A stretch of DNA of 63,549 nucleotides, counting the filler, from Basidiobolus meristosporus CBS 931.73 (Eukaryota; Fungi; Basidiobolomycota), in NCBI GenBank assembly GCA_002104905.1. It is 4 parts of 4 records of this genome, joined end to end, with 100 filler letters (N's around TTAATTAATTAA, not from the genome) between each part and the next. Parts side by side here need not be neighbours in the genome. Positions count along the whole stretch, not along the records: positions 1 to 16,103 come from MCFE01001131.1; 3 more parts are not named here. One strand, 5' to 3'. Below the pieces are notes generated by a model that was not told where the DNA came from, made no database searches, and was given only the letters and a program-made list of their open reading frames with translations. Of this stretch, positions 1 through 11,647 are shown in pieces (positions within the stretch are counted from its first letter, which is position 1; every line of letters starts with the position of its first letter). The translations under genes were made by a program, and so were the position numbers.

Positions 1-900
1 TACATCAACAAGTATACTTGAGTGCTATATCTATACTGTAGTATTGGAGGCTTTCTGATCAGCTACTATCACAAATCTGGTGCAGTCATTAGTGTAATGT
101 GCGTGTATATCATCAAGTGGAATATTTGATCACTTATTCAGGATTTGAGCTAAGCAAAGTCCTTTCTAATTTATTATTGAAGACAAGTTTTGCATTATGC
201 CCTTTTGGAATCTATACATTGCACTTCTCAGCTGTACTCATCTACTTGTGAGCAAGTGTTGGTAATTAGAAGGCACAGCAAGCAATGGTCAGTATGATCC
301 TTCTAATGTGTAAGGAACCATTTTGTATTAATGGTTGTTCATACACTCACATATTTGAAACATGGTTCTGATAGAGGCATAGTGGCAGTATTTAGAAGCT
401 CCATGCTAAAATAACACCTTGAGGGCTAGTGATGTAGAGGTAAAATTGAGTAGCTCCAAGTGCTTTCAGAGTCTCTATAAACAGCAGTGTTGTATTGTAC
501 ATCCAAAAAGGAGAAAAAATCCAATACTATGACATTGGGGTAATCATTGCCAATAGGAGAAATATATAAACCAATAATCTGAATTAAAGAAGTCATGTAC
601 CATATGGGTAGCCTTTTTACAAGTGAATGAAGCAAAGGGTCCTTTTGTAAAAGCCTATAAGAGTGGTTGTTGAGCTCAATAGGACTTACAACAAAGTTAA
701 GTGGCTCTTGAGAGACAACCAAGCAAAGTAGTGGATCATTAACATTTGCAACTAAGTGAGATAGGCACAATTGGAAGAAAATAAGAATGAGTATGGTTGT
801 CAAGGCTATTCCTTAAAGTTGAAATATACTATCCATATGCAAGCAATGGAAGTTTATAGTCTTCAACATACAAGGTAAATTACCAGATACCAGAGTCATC
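1..900 (-). mobile_element. Highly degenerate AT-rich transposon relic, possibly pogo/Tc1-mariner (DDE_1) type
   Basis: CpG-depleted, stop-riddled. Scattered minus-strand peptide remnants (RRIILTIACCA, LDDIHAH) loosely resemble DDE_1 transposase motifs. Family assignment is weak. Confidence 0.25.
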
Positions 901-1639
901 AAGTAGTGTTCTCCCACAAGATTGAGGGCTAGTATAATGATAACATAGCTACTGTCTTGTATGGAGGTTTTGACACAACTGGTATCCAAGATAGAGCCTG
1001 GCTCTGATATAAATGAGTCTGATTGATAACTTGTTTCCAAGATCAACAAGTCCAAAAGGAGTCAAAACAGAGTTCTGTGGCAGAGGAGGCATAGCTGGAG
1101 CAAGTGCTGGCTAATCAACAACTGCAGCCAAGTTGGGCAGGCAGTACTACAAGAAAGTGGAAATGAGTGCAGCAACTTGAGTAAATTCTTCATGTGGTAG
1201 TGGTGTACAAGGAAGGGGCAATATGTAAGACTTGACAGGTGCTGCCATTAAGTGGAGACTACTATGTCAAGAGATCACTAGTTATTATTTTTCAATATGA
1301 GCAGAAGTTGGTGTAATAGTAGTATAGCCACTGTTCAATGAAAGGGTTATAGCCATTTCTCAAGAAAATGTATCTTGATAATTCCATCAAAAGGTGACCA
1401 CATAACTGAGATCTCATGATGGAGAGGTATTGATGCCACCAGAACATCACACAAGTAGTTTGAGAAATCAATTAGCCAAAATTGTCACTTTGATATCATT
1501 GGGCAGTGTAGGCTAGAAGGTATCAGCAACTTACCTGACTTAGTTTGCACAAGGCCACAAATGCTGCTAGATGCTATAAAAAAAGCATCAAGTGGCCAGT
1601 GTGTTATTGATGGTACTGTAATAGCAATCAATGCTTAAA

Positions 1640-2416
1640 TATAACTTTTGTGGCCAAACACTAACCAACATCTTTGTTCTACCTCCTATGCTGTCTACAC
1701 AACTCATGGCCTGAGGCCATGTCACAAAGCCACATGGTCTTTTTCTCTTCTCATGTTGTGTTTAATCAAAGTAGTCTTGTTCATGGGGCAAATGGCTTGA
1801 TATTCAATATCATAATGCTGTTATATCACTTCTTTGTCAGCTTTCTGGTATACTTAAGACAATTGTATATATGAAGCATTGTATCTACATGAAGGCAAGA
1901 TTAAAAGCCAATCTACTATGGTAAGTACTATGCAAAGGCTATAGCACTACACTCACATGTCTATGTTGTTGTAAAAATTCGTAATTCCACCTAAATATTC
2001 ACCTAACTTAGTCACTTAGATCATCACCTTCAAATCCTAGAGAATACTGACCAAATTCCTTGTCGGGATTTACTCAGAATATTTTCACCAAAATACCAGG
2101 TACCCAGAACATGAAAATTTAATAAGTTGTCCAAACAGCCCCAAACTTTGCACACATGTTCTTGGGACCTTCCTTAACCTATTCTACGTGTTGGTAATGC
2201 CAAGACCAGGTAAAAGTATAAATACTACTTTTACATTCAATAAATCATTAAGTGAAAACCACATAATCTACTTGTTCTCCAAATCACTTCCAATATCTCC
2301 AAGACTCTTACAACATATGTGACATTATATTCTTGTTAGTTTAACTCACTTCCAAATAAATATGCCACTAAGGAGTAAAGCATAGCTGCCTGGTTTTCAA
2401 CCCAAGCCCATGATAC
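1640..2416 (-). mobile_element. Fragment of the CACTA-like family also present at 18.7-19.1 kb, interrupted by a solo LTR
   Basis: Spurious ORF 1674-1874 (NQSSLVHGANGLIFNIIMLLYH) matches 18891-19136 (NQSSLVHRANSLIFNNVMLLYH) in opposite orientation. 2316-2416 matches the reverse complement of ~18700-18800. Confidence 0.6.
1967..2315 (+). mobile_element. Copia solo LTR (349 bp) with 5-bp TSD TATGT
   Basis: TGTTGTAA...TTACAACA termini; TATGT at both 1962-1966 and 2316-2320; homologous to the Copia 3' LTR at 35844-36174. Confidence 0.9.
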
Positions 2417-2765
2417 TGTTGCAATATTCTGAGGAATATTACAAGTGATATGGAGAACTAGAGGATTTACATGCTATTCACTTGTAGATTTATTGTTCAA
2501 AAGTATGGTATTTATACTTTTGATAAAGTAGAGCAGAAAAACGTGTAGAGTTTGTTAAGGAAGGTCCCAAAAATATGTGTGCAAAGTGTGGGGGCTTTTG
2601 GACAACTGTGAGAAAGATCATAATATGGGTACCTGATAATTTGGTGAAAATATTCTAAGTAAATCCCAACAAGAAATTTGGTCAGGACAGAATGCTAATC
2701 AAAGAATAAGATCTATGTGACTAAGTTAGCATGAATATTTTGGTGACAACTTAATAATTACAACA
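2417..2765 (-). mobile_element. Diverged solo LTR of the same family, inverted (349 bp)
   Basis: Reverse complement aligns along the 1967-2315 LTR; TGTTG/CAACA ends; flanks GATAC/GACAC (TSD with one mismatch). Confidence 0.75.
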
Positions 2766-4145
2766 GACACAGCAGCAGAAGAGCAGTAGTGTTGTGCATC
2801 AACATTCAAAACTTGGCCTATCCTACCAAGTTAGAAAATCTAGTGCCCTGACTGATTTTAAGTAAGTGCACTAGCTGCATCAGTAAGTATGGGGTGTGAG
2901 AAAGAGGTAATAGTCATTCAATGTACACTAACATAGTAGATGATTGAGTTTCTGGGATCAGGAAATGAGAGAAATTATAGAGAACCAATCAACAGCAACT
3001 TAGGTACTGTTGTGTCAAAATTTTTAATCAATTTATTGTGAAATCTAAGGTGCAATTCTTTCCAATGGTCTATTGCACAGCATCCTAACGGCATTAATAC
3101 CTCTTGATCATGAGACCCAAGATTGGTGATGGGCTCTTGATGGGATCATCAAAATTATTTCTCATAAGGAAGCTTTGGCTAAGACATTGACTTTGAATGA
3201 GACAAAGTAGTATCAGCAAGGGTAAAGCCAAGTTCAAGTATATAGTTTGGATACAGGAAGTTATGAGGGAGATGGCACCAGTACCTGGATATACCTACAG
3301 AGGATTAAATCAGGCTACTGTAATCCTTAGAAACTTATTGTAGATTGTCAAGTTCTAGCTTTAGGCTAGATTCAGACATGACTTTATCAGCAGTGGAATC
3401 TCCTACTTTAGTGTACCAGAAGTAACTATGGTCATGAGTTTTCACAGGGTGTACTGTACCAGGAAATTAGAATTATCAAGCAGAAATTATATGCAGATAC
3501 CGTACCATCTGAATGTTAGGCCTAAGGTAGTAGCAGTAGGTCAGTTTGAAGGTATGGTATCAAGGTCTTGAGTATTTTAAGTATGGATCTCACATAGGGA
3601 ATGAGATAGCCACCAGCTGGTAAAATAATACCTCAACTGAAGCAAAGAGGCTAACATTGGTTTTGTAGCCACTTTATAAAAGTGTTGAGCTGGGAAGCAC
3701 CAATGTGAGTATTGAAACAAGGAATCAGTAAGCCATCAATGATCAATGCACTCTTCAGAGGGAAAGGATGTATCAATAGTTACTAGAATGGTTCCATAAC
3801 AGCATTAATGAGGGGAATATGATGAGGATAAATGCTCATAATAATACTCTAATCAGAGCCCCTAACCTCATTCAAATGAAGTGCAATCCTTGGGCAGATA
3901 GCAGCCAATAATGCTCTGCAGCTAGTGACATGTGGATCACCCAATCTTTGGTGCCATTCTTCCTCGTGGCTATTCAAAAAGCAAAGTACATACACTTCTG
4001 ATTCATTGTTCATTCGCCCGTGCGTCCAGTATATTGTGTAGAAGTGGATTTACTCGCGCAGTGAAGCATTCTAGTTCTTCATAATGTAGTCCATGTGGCA
4101 GCTTTTTCATTCCGCTACATTTTCTGTTCAGAATAATATTGAAGC

Positions 4146-4517
4146 ATGCCTACGTTTACACAGTATACCGCCTCCAATGGGATCGAAACTCTATCTACTT
4201 CCTATGATCTTCTGATCGATACAAACTCTGCCAATGTTCATACCAGCACCTCCACCCAGACTGCAGATTCGGTATCCGTCACTTATGGAAGTAATTTATT
4301 TCGTGACATTTAGCCTGGATTGGTGGCCCAATCTCAATCAATTGAGGTAGCTTCCTCATCTCAACGGCTTACTGACTGTGATGGGATACTTGGTTTATGT
4401 GCAGTTGATCTAACTCTTAGCACGTTATCTCCAAGTACTGGATCCACAGTCCCTACTGTTGCGGATGATCTGTTTTCGAAAGGTACAATCTTTGGCAATA
4501 TTCTCAGCCTCTCATAG
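4146..4517 (+). pseudogene. Pepsin-like (A1) aspartic protease pseudogene fragment
   Basis: One frame reads YDLLIDTNSAN (DTG motif decayed to DTN), VSVTYGS, in-frame TAG at ~4311, then QSIEVASSS..DGILGL..LTLSTLSP..VPTVADDLFSKG. These are typical A1 N-lobe motifs. Confidence 0.6.
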
Positions 4518-4758
4518 TGAAGAGTTTGGGCTTTGACACGCATTGTTCGTCTGTACATCATTGACAGCTAGATGAAGAGGATTATGTTCAAATATTTACG
4601 AGTTGCAGCTGCTCGCTACAGAGCTCCAAAGATTTCAGAATACGAGTTAGTCCAATACATCACGCTTATTGATTTACAAATTATATGCATTCACATTTAT
4701 TTTTACATCCTATGTATATTAATGTTACAATCAAGTGAGCACTAACTGGTGTTTCCTA

Positions 4759-6345
4759 TCAACACTCAATGTTATCAAATTTCCGGAAGATCCAGTAGAA
4801 GATGACGGTCATGACTCCCATCAGCCCAGTTTGGATGCCGAACACATACACAAAGTTGGGGTCGTTGCTCCAGACTGCAAGGATCAGGCCAATCAGACTA
4901 CCGCCACAGTTGGTGAACAGGAAAAGAGAGGTCACCACCGACTTGAGCTCGGGGGCGGCTTGTCGGAAGGCAAACTCCAGACCGGTGACTGAGGCGAAGA
5001 TCTCAGAGATGGAGATTCCAATGAACGGGATCACTTGCCACCAGATGGAGATGTCGTTGACTGGTTGCTCACCCTCGGGCAGACCGCTCAAATCAGTGAA
5101 GTCGTAATAGGGGCCGGTTTTATAGACCTGTGCTTGGAGAACGGTGATATAGACGAAGGCAAGTGTGGCGATTGTGAACCCAACGGTGATGCGTGTGATG
5201 GGACCAAGGCGGCAGCCCATTCTTCTCAGCAATGGGAAGACAACCGTGTCAAAGATAGGGATGGCAACTACCAGGACAAGGCTGTTAACCAAGTTCAGCT
5301 GCTCGGGCCCACTGATGAACGATGGTCTTTGCATCGTCAGTCCCATGTTGATGAAGTTGTCGGACATGTTGTAGTACAGAGCCCAGTAGAAGGGATAGAA
5401 CAGGAACACCAAGCATGCGCGCAGGGTTTTCTTGAGATCCTCGATGAACTGATCGTTCCACTCAAAGCCATCCACCTTAGCATAGTCCAACCAGTGCTCA
5501 ATGGGCCTATTGGTCTTGGCATTGTCCAAGGGGGCCTTGCGATGGGACAGAGCATACTTGATGCAGGAATAGGTCTTGGAGAGGACAGTGCCGGATGGAG
5601 GCTTGACATAATACAGCTTTTTGGCTGACACGAAGATCACGAGGCCAATCACGAACATGATCGCTGGCAGTGAGTAGGCCAGGGGATAGGATCCGTAGTC
5701 GTTGGCAACGATTGGACAGATGAACTGGCCTAGCAAGGCACCGCAGTTGATGGCCCAGTAGAAGAAGCGGAAGATGCGCTCAACGGTGAGTTGTGAGTCG
5801 GTGTAGACGCCGGGGGTTTTGGTTGGGAAGATTCCTTCCTTGATCTGCTCAGCGGCAAAGGAGGAAACATTGGACTTGATGCCGCCCGTGCCGAAGGAGA
5901 TGAAGACATGTAGGGCAATCACAAAGCCGATCACACCGAAGCTTCCATCCAGAGAGGTTGGGAGAGAGCTGACTGCCAGGAACACCAAGCCCACCATGTA
6001 GAAGAGGGAGAATATGACGATGGTCTTGAACTTTCCGATGTAGCGGTCAGCAATGACGGCACCAAGAATAGTGGTGCAATAGGCCAGAAACTGGAAGCCT
6101 CTGTTCACGGCAGTGGCAGTGCTCTTGTTGAAGCCAAGAACCTTGAGCATGTAGGGTTGGAACAGAAGGGAGGAGCCGTAGAAGGCAAAGCGCTCACACA
6201 ACTCGGTGATGATGATGAACCAGGCCGCGAGTGGGACCTTTCCAGCAACGCGTAGCTTTATGTCATCGGAGTTGGGAGGATCCCCTTGTGCAGCATCGAT
6301 GTGCTCCACTTGGGTAGACTTTTCCAAGGGTTTTTCTTCGCTCAT
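4759..6345 (-). CDS. PTR2: POT/PTR family proton-dependent di/tripeptide transporter, intronless
   Basis: ELCERFAFYG (ExxERFxYY), GAVIADRYIGKFKT, GTGGIKSNVSSFAAEQ, FFYWAINCGAL and EQLNLVNSL motifs; ATG of MSEEK at 6343-6345. Confidence 0.95.
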   Translation of the reverse strand: MSEEKPLEKSTQVEHIDAAQGDPPNSDDIKLRVAGKVPLAAWFIIITELCERFAFYGSSLLFQPYMLKVLGFNKSTATAVNRGFQFLAYCTTILGAVIADRYIGKFKTIVIFSLFYMVGLVFLAVSSLPTSLDGSFGVIGFVIALHVFISFGTGGIKSNVSSFAAEQIKEGIFPTKTPGVYTDSQLTVERIFRFFYWAINCGALLGQFICPIVANDYGSYPLAYSLPAIMFVIGLVIFVSAKKLYYVKPPSGTVLSKTYSCIKYALSHRKAPLDNAKTNRPIEHWLDYAKVDGFEWNDQFIEDLKKTLRACLVFLFYPFYWALYYNMSDNFINMGLTMQRPSFISGPEQLNLVNSLVLVVAIPIFDTVVFPLLRRMGCRLGPITRITVGFTIATLAFVYITVLQAQVYKTGPYYDFTDLSGLPEGEQPVNDISIWWQVIPFIGISISEIFASVTGLEFAFRQAAPELKSVVTSLFLFTNCGGSLIGLILAVWSNDPNFVYVFGIQTGLMGVMTVIFYWIFRKFDNIEC

Positions 6346-6952
6346 AGTTGTGATGGTGAATTTCTGAGGAATCAACAAGCTTTTATTTGTTCTCAGCCAA
6401 ACTAAGAGTAGCTTTCCGAGAACTATACGTCAGTATCATTGTGCTGGTGTTTTTGATCATATGATTTGTAAATTTTCGAGGAAGAATTCAGGAGTAATAA
6501 CCCATTATGTCGGCCCCTAATAAAGAATATAATTTAGTCAGTATGCAACTTTGGCTTGACTGGTCTAGAGAACGGCCATGAAGAAAGTCTTGAAGTTCAT
6601 TGCCGATGATTTTTGAATATTTCAATTGATGCGTGAAGTAGGCAACGGCAAATGCCATACTGATAACCAAACATACGAGAATTCCGCTCGAGAAGTGGCC
6701 TTGGGATGGCCAAATTGACATATGTATCTCCTCTGTGAGGAAGTAAGTATAGGGCATGGATGTCGAGCATTCATTGATTCATAGACTCATTCCGGCAAAC
6801 AACTCATAAAGGTTCCCTGCTTAGACAGCTTTCCTAACTATCACAATATTTACCAGTACCTAGGGTGTATTATACTTGAGTTCAATATATTCATGTTGAC
6901 TCTAATAATAGTAGCTGAAGACTGCGCTTTATTTGATTCGAATGATGGACGT

Positions 6953-8185
6953 CTATCCAAGCAATGTATGAGGGCATTTCCCAACAAACTTATCCGGGCC
7001 CACATCTTGAACATGATATCCATCAGGGTAGAAGCCTCGGATGGACTCAGATCTTGGGACGAATACTCCCTTATCATTTGCTCTCAAGGCAAGTTTCACA
7101 AGCGGGGTCCGGCGTGGAAGAACAAAGTACTTACTGAAAGTAGATCGTAACCAGATCACAGAAAGAAAGAACTTTGCGGGGAAGGAGGGTGGAGCCTGGA
7201 CTCCAATTGCGGCCCGCGTTCGTGCAGTCATAATCCCATACAAAGCTTGACGAATGAATGAATGCATAAATGCAGGATAAGGCTCAACAAAAACATCAAT
7301 TAGCGAATTTGTAACCACCTGGTTAGCTCGAGCATAAACCATCGAAGCACGTTCATATTTCTAAGGCAAAGTAAGTATTAATCTTTGTGGCCGACCATAA
7401 GATTAGTGTCATGCTACCTCAGTCCAGTCAGCTAGCTCTTGGAGGCTATCAGGAACATAGTGCAGCCCTAAGCTTTTCCCAAGTGTACGCCAATATGCAA
7501 ATAAGGCCTAGATGATGTTAGACTGGGAGGTATGCAAGTTAAGCAGAGCTGACGCGCTTACATTGGCCTCAATCATAGTCATGGGCCTCCACCCGTACTT
7601 GTTAACCCACCAGATCACATCTAGTGTGAATATTCCAACCGTGTACAGATAGTCATCTTGCTTAATTCTGTAATGGCTGTGCATGAAGTTAATCTTCTTG
7701 ATAGCAAGCTGTGCCCGCATTTCGTCTATTTTATCTTCCTCAGGGTCGGGCCTGCCTTCAAGCTGCTCACGAAGCAGACGTCGTGCATAAATTTCTCCCA
7801 TCTCCGAATGGAACACCGTTTCATCATTCAGGCGTTTTGGACACTTCTTTGTGTGCTGATATGAAAATGGTGTGCTTAAGAGACGCGCAGAGCAGGATTC
7901 TACAATTAGTCTTACCTGCGACGTAGACACAAAAATCTTGGACATGGAAGGAATAGAAACCGCCTTGAATCCAATGAATTCGTTTACCAATGGCAGTAGG
8001 AAGGTAAAGTCAAACTGCCGAAGAACCGCCAAGACCTCAGATGCGATTTCTTTGTCACGAAGCGGAAGAGTGTGATCTGGATACTTGCGCAAGATCTCAT
8101 TGATACGCCGATACTTGGTGATGCGGACCATTGTCAGATAGGCTGTTGCCAAAGTAATCACCCATAATAAGGTACTGTACTCCAT
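6953..8185 (-). CDS. ER-bound oxygenase MpaB/rubber-oxygenase-like (DUF2236-type) protein, about 3 introns
   Basis: N-terminal TM segment, AIKKINFMHSHY..IKQDDYLYT..F....I.WVNKYGWRPMT, ALFAYWRTLGKSLGLHYVP and C-terminal YPDGY.VQDVGPDKFVGKCP; GT..AG introns join the exons. Confidence 0.8.
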
Positions 8186-10880
8186 GGTAGATACGAAGCT
8201 CAAGTGCTGTAGCCTTCGTACTTATACCTTTGCCATTCAGACACCGCGAGGCAATTTCGATACTTCTGTACAGTCACCCTCGGTGTGGTGTTGTTTCTAA
8301 TGCCATCAAGTCAAGCCATTCCAGTGCATAGGCTCCTTCACAGAGCTCAGTGTAACGACTGGTGATAGAAATGTGGATGCGTGGTACCATTCATGCATGC
8401 TGTTCTGCTCCTATCCACGAGTATACGATATCACGATCACTTCGGCACCCATTCGGATTGCCAGTAGCTTCAACCAAGATACTAGTGGCTCGATCTTTAG
8501 AAACACTGAATTTCAGGTATCTTTGGGGATGCCAGCACTATAACGAGATTGCTCATAAACCACAGTCCGGGTTTTGGCTGATCGATTATTCACTCACTTC
8601 AGTAAGCAATGAAACTGCAGATCACCGATCTACTTTCAGCCACCGGAATTATAATTCCTAGATGAAATCGGCATTCAACCTGTGCTCATTCGTACGATAC
8701 AGCAAATGCTTGTATGAATAACACGTTGAATGAGTCCTGGGTTTGGAATTGAACATATCAAACTTGATTCTGTGTAGGTAGAACTCAGTGGTACTAAATC
8801 AAGTCAGCCAGACTTGAACAAGGACGTTGGAAATAGTCAACGAGAGTACATTTAATAGTGCTTCAATGCCGCTACCATGAACACACGATTAATCATTTTT
8901 TGAATAACTGGAAGTATGCTGATAATGTGTAATGATACTCTGCTTGCATATCCAGTGCTGAGATAATACGCATATCGCATTGTATCCATGCTGTTCGCCT
9001 TGGGAATGCTGCAACTCTAATTATTGGAGTAAGAGCTTGAATTGAATCGAGTATTGGTACGTTCGATATTGGAAACACGATTGAACTCTTTCTGCGTGAA
9101 TTTTCTGATCATGTATCAAGGTTACTTCGTTGTTGGTCTTGTTGTTCTAGGTCCGGTTCACTTAGTGGATGATGAATGGGAGTAGAAATATACCCGTACT
9201 TGGGCCTTCATCTCAATTGAGTAATCCTTCGGGTAGTGGCTGATTGACAGAGCTTCGACTTATACAAACATTATCGGCGCAAATGAAGTATAGGTGATAC
9301 TGGGTGAAGACTCAAGGTGATAACGGGCTTCTTGTCATTGCTGGATCGAAGTATACGGCTTATCAAAGCCTCACGGCACACGCTTTTGATCTACATATCG
9401 TCCCATTTATCCACCTTTGCTTCATGAAAAATTGGTGAAGATAAAAGAGATGTAATACGAACACAAGGTAGACTTCATACATAGTCAGCAGGAGGAGTAC
9501 CTGTGCACTGTAGTGACATTCACAATCAAGACTTCATGCGGGTGGTGATCCATGAAAACAATCAAAGCAGATGGAAATGATTCCATTTCTTTCCTTGCGT
9601 GGCCGCAAGCTCAGTTCTGTTCTATAGGCGCTCACTAGGGCAAGTTGGGGACTAGAGCACGTTCCATAAGGCCCACCAAGAGTGGCCAAGTAGGCTGAAG
9701 GGATATTTATGTGCAACCCGAATGATATGCATTAGCGAAAGTTCGTCCATGGTGCATGCTTTACTCACCGTTGAGGCATTAATCAATGAAGTAATTGAGC
9801 CATATCCCGCCTTTCTTTATCATTTCTGTCCCCATCTCAACCCCCCTAAATTACCAGTAGTATAGTTTCGATAAGGTCAATTGTCTGTTAACTCTTTCAT
9901 TCATTATGCTCGTTGTCTCTGGTGAGACAAGTGCTATGGAATAAGCCAGTCTGTCAGTTTTATCCAAAAGACTAGTATCATATATGCACGTACAAATGCG
10001 TGCTTATAGGCCACGTTGGGTATTGAATGCGTGTTTCAAAACAGTGCAACTCCTGTCTTGCATGTGTTTTAATTTCCCGATTGAGCTTATTTGGCATATG
10101 CAATTGTTAATTTAACGCAACCCCAGTAATAATTCCTGGGCGCATGTATTAATTTAATTGGTTGGTAGCAGGTTATCTTTATCTTGTCTTTGGCACCAAC
10201 ATCAAAACTACCAGTGATAATGTTAGTGACTAAGTGTTGAGCACAAGACTTAACTGTAAATGGAATGTGTGATTTCCCAATTATTTGTAATGTTGGTGTG
10301 AAAGTCATGTTATGGTAAGAGCCCAGCAATGGTGTTCAGTAACTTCTTACCCAAACTAAAAATTATCTAACTTGCCAGGAGAACAAGTCACTGAGGTAGC
10401 TGAAGTCTATGGGGGATGGAAAGCTTGCATTTAGTGATATCATTATTTTCTGTACTGCTCCACATGCAGGTGTTGAAGCAAAGGCCTCAAAGTTTAGAAG
10501 CTGATTATAAAAGTAACTACTTATGAGGAACTGATGCTGAGCTGACTTTAGTGCTTTTGGATGCTCTAACAGCTAGTAAGACCAATGCCAACTCTTTAAA
10601 ATTCCTGAAAACAAATGTGTTACTTGTATTTCTCTATTAGATTTAGTAAAAGCACCAAATATTAATCTTGAATACAAATTGAAGAGCTGGTATACCATAA
10701 AATGCAAGGAATACTGTGTAGCATCACAACACATATCTTGTCAGGGGTTAGGTGGGATGATAATCACACAAGGGTGTGTTCTTTATTCAACCTTGTAAAC
10801 AAAAAAGCAAAAATAGAAAATTAGTTTCTAGAATGCACAAAGTATACTAGATGAATTTGGAATTTACTGCTTGCCAAATT

Positions 10881-11415
10881 TTAGGGTTAGGGGGGAGGAG
10901 GAAAGTCACCAAGTGGTGAAATCTTTATTTACTTATGACAAGTATCTAAAGAAGCCAAGTTAATCTGAAGTTATTCCTAGAAAGCTAGGTCTGAGAGATA
11001 TCTTCCTGGTAAGCCAGGTCTGAGAGTGGAGAAGCTGAGTGGTACTGTATTTCCTAGTTAGCTAGGTCTGAGAGAGGTTTCCTGGAAAGCCAGGCCTGAG
11101 AAGTGAGAACCTGAGTATATCTGAGGTATGTTATACTGGTTTGCGGTAGCTGAATTGTGGCCAGAATGGCCAGTAGACTGGGGGAACTGAGAGGAATTTC
11201 TGGGCAATCACTGGCCAAATTTACTAGGCAAATCTGACCAATTAGCATTTCAAGGATTTCAGCCAATCAGAGCCTTTACTTTGCCTGATGGTTGATCAAG
11301 CCATCTCCCAATGAGCACACATCAATTTATTAATCAAATTTTGCTGGATCCAGGATTTGAACCCATAACCATGGGTATGGAAGGGTTAGGGATAACCACA
11401 AGGCTAAGTGTTCAT
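10881..11415 (-). mobile_element. Unit A: putative tRNA-derived SINE with the telomeric LINE 3' tail
   Basis: Minus strand: A-box-like TAGCCTTGTGG and perfect B-box GGTTCAAATCC (within 11341-11406), non-coding body, last ~60 nt shared with the LINE units, then C-tract and CCCTAACCCTAA. Confidence 0.65.
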
Positions 11416-11647
11416 GGTTAGGGGGGGGGGGAGACAGTCACCAACAGGTGAAATCTTTATTTCAGTTGAAACAAAGAAGCCAGTGCTACTGTTGTAGCTT
11501 TGATAAAAGAGTGTGTAGCTGAGGGGAATTTGTGGGTAAGTTAATAAGAAGTGATGATAGTTCTTCAGTGCTCAAGACACTGTTCAGTGGGAAGGGGGGT
11601 AGCAAGAGAGGTAAGAATGACTTGTGAACAACATTAATGAGGGGAAT
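11416..11647 (-). mobile_element. Unit B: ~230-bp 3' fragment of telomeric LINE (same subfamily as unit E)
   Basis: Near-identical to 14761-14988; truncated after GAGGGGAAT, where TTAGGG starts at 11648. Confidence 0.85.

Noticed and set aside
2800-3900. Possible Gypsy protease/RT relic on the minus strand
   Set aside because: AT-rich and CpG-depleted like a TE, but no unambiguous motif survives.
8893-9900. Possible decayed membrane-transporter gene on the minus strand (LGGPYG, CFHGS remnants)
   Set aside because: Similarity is too weak and fragmented to support by eye; needs BLASTX.
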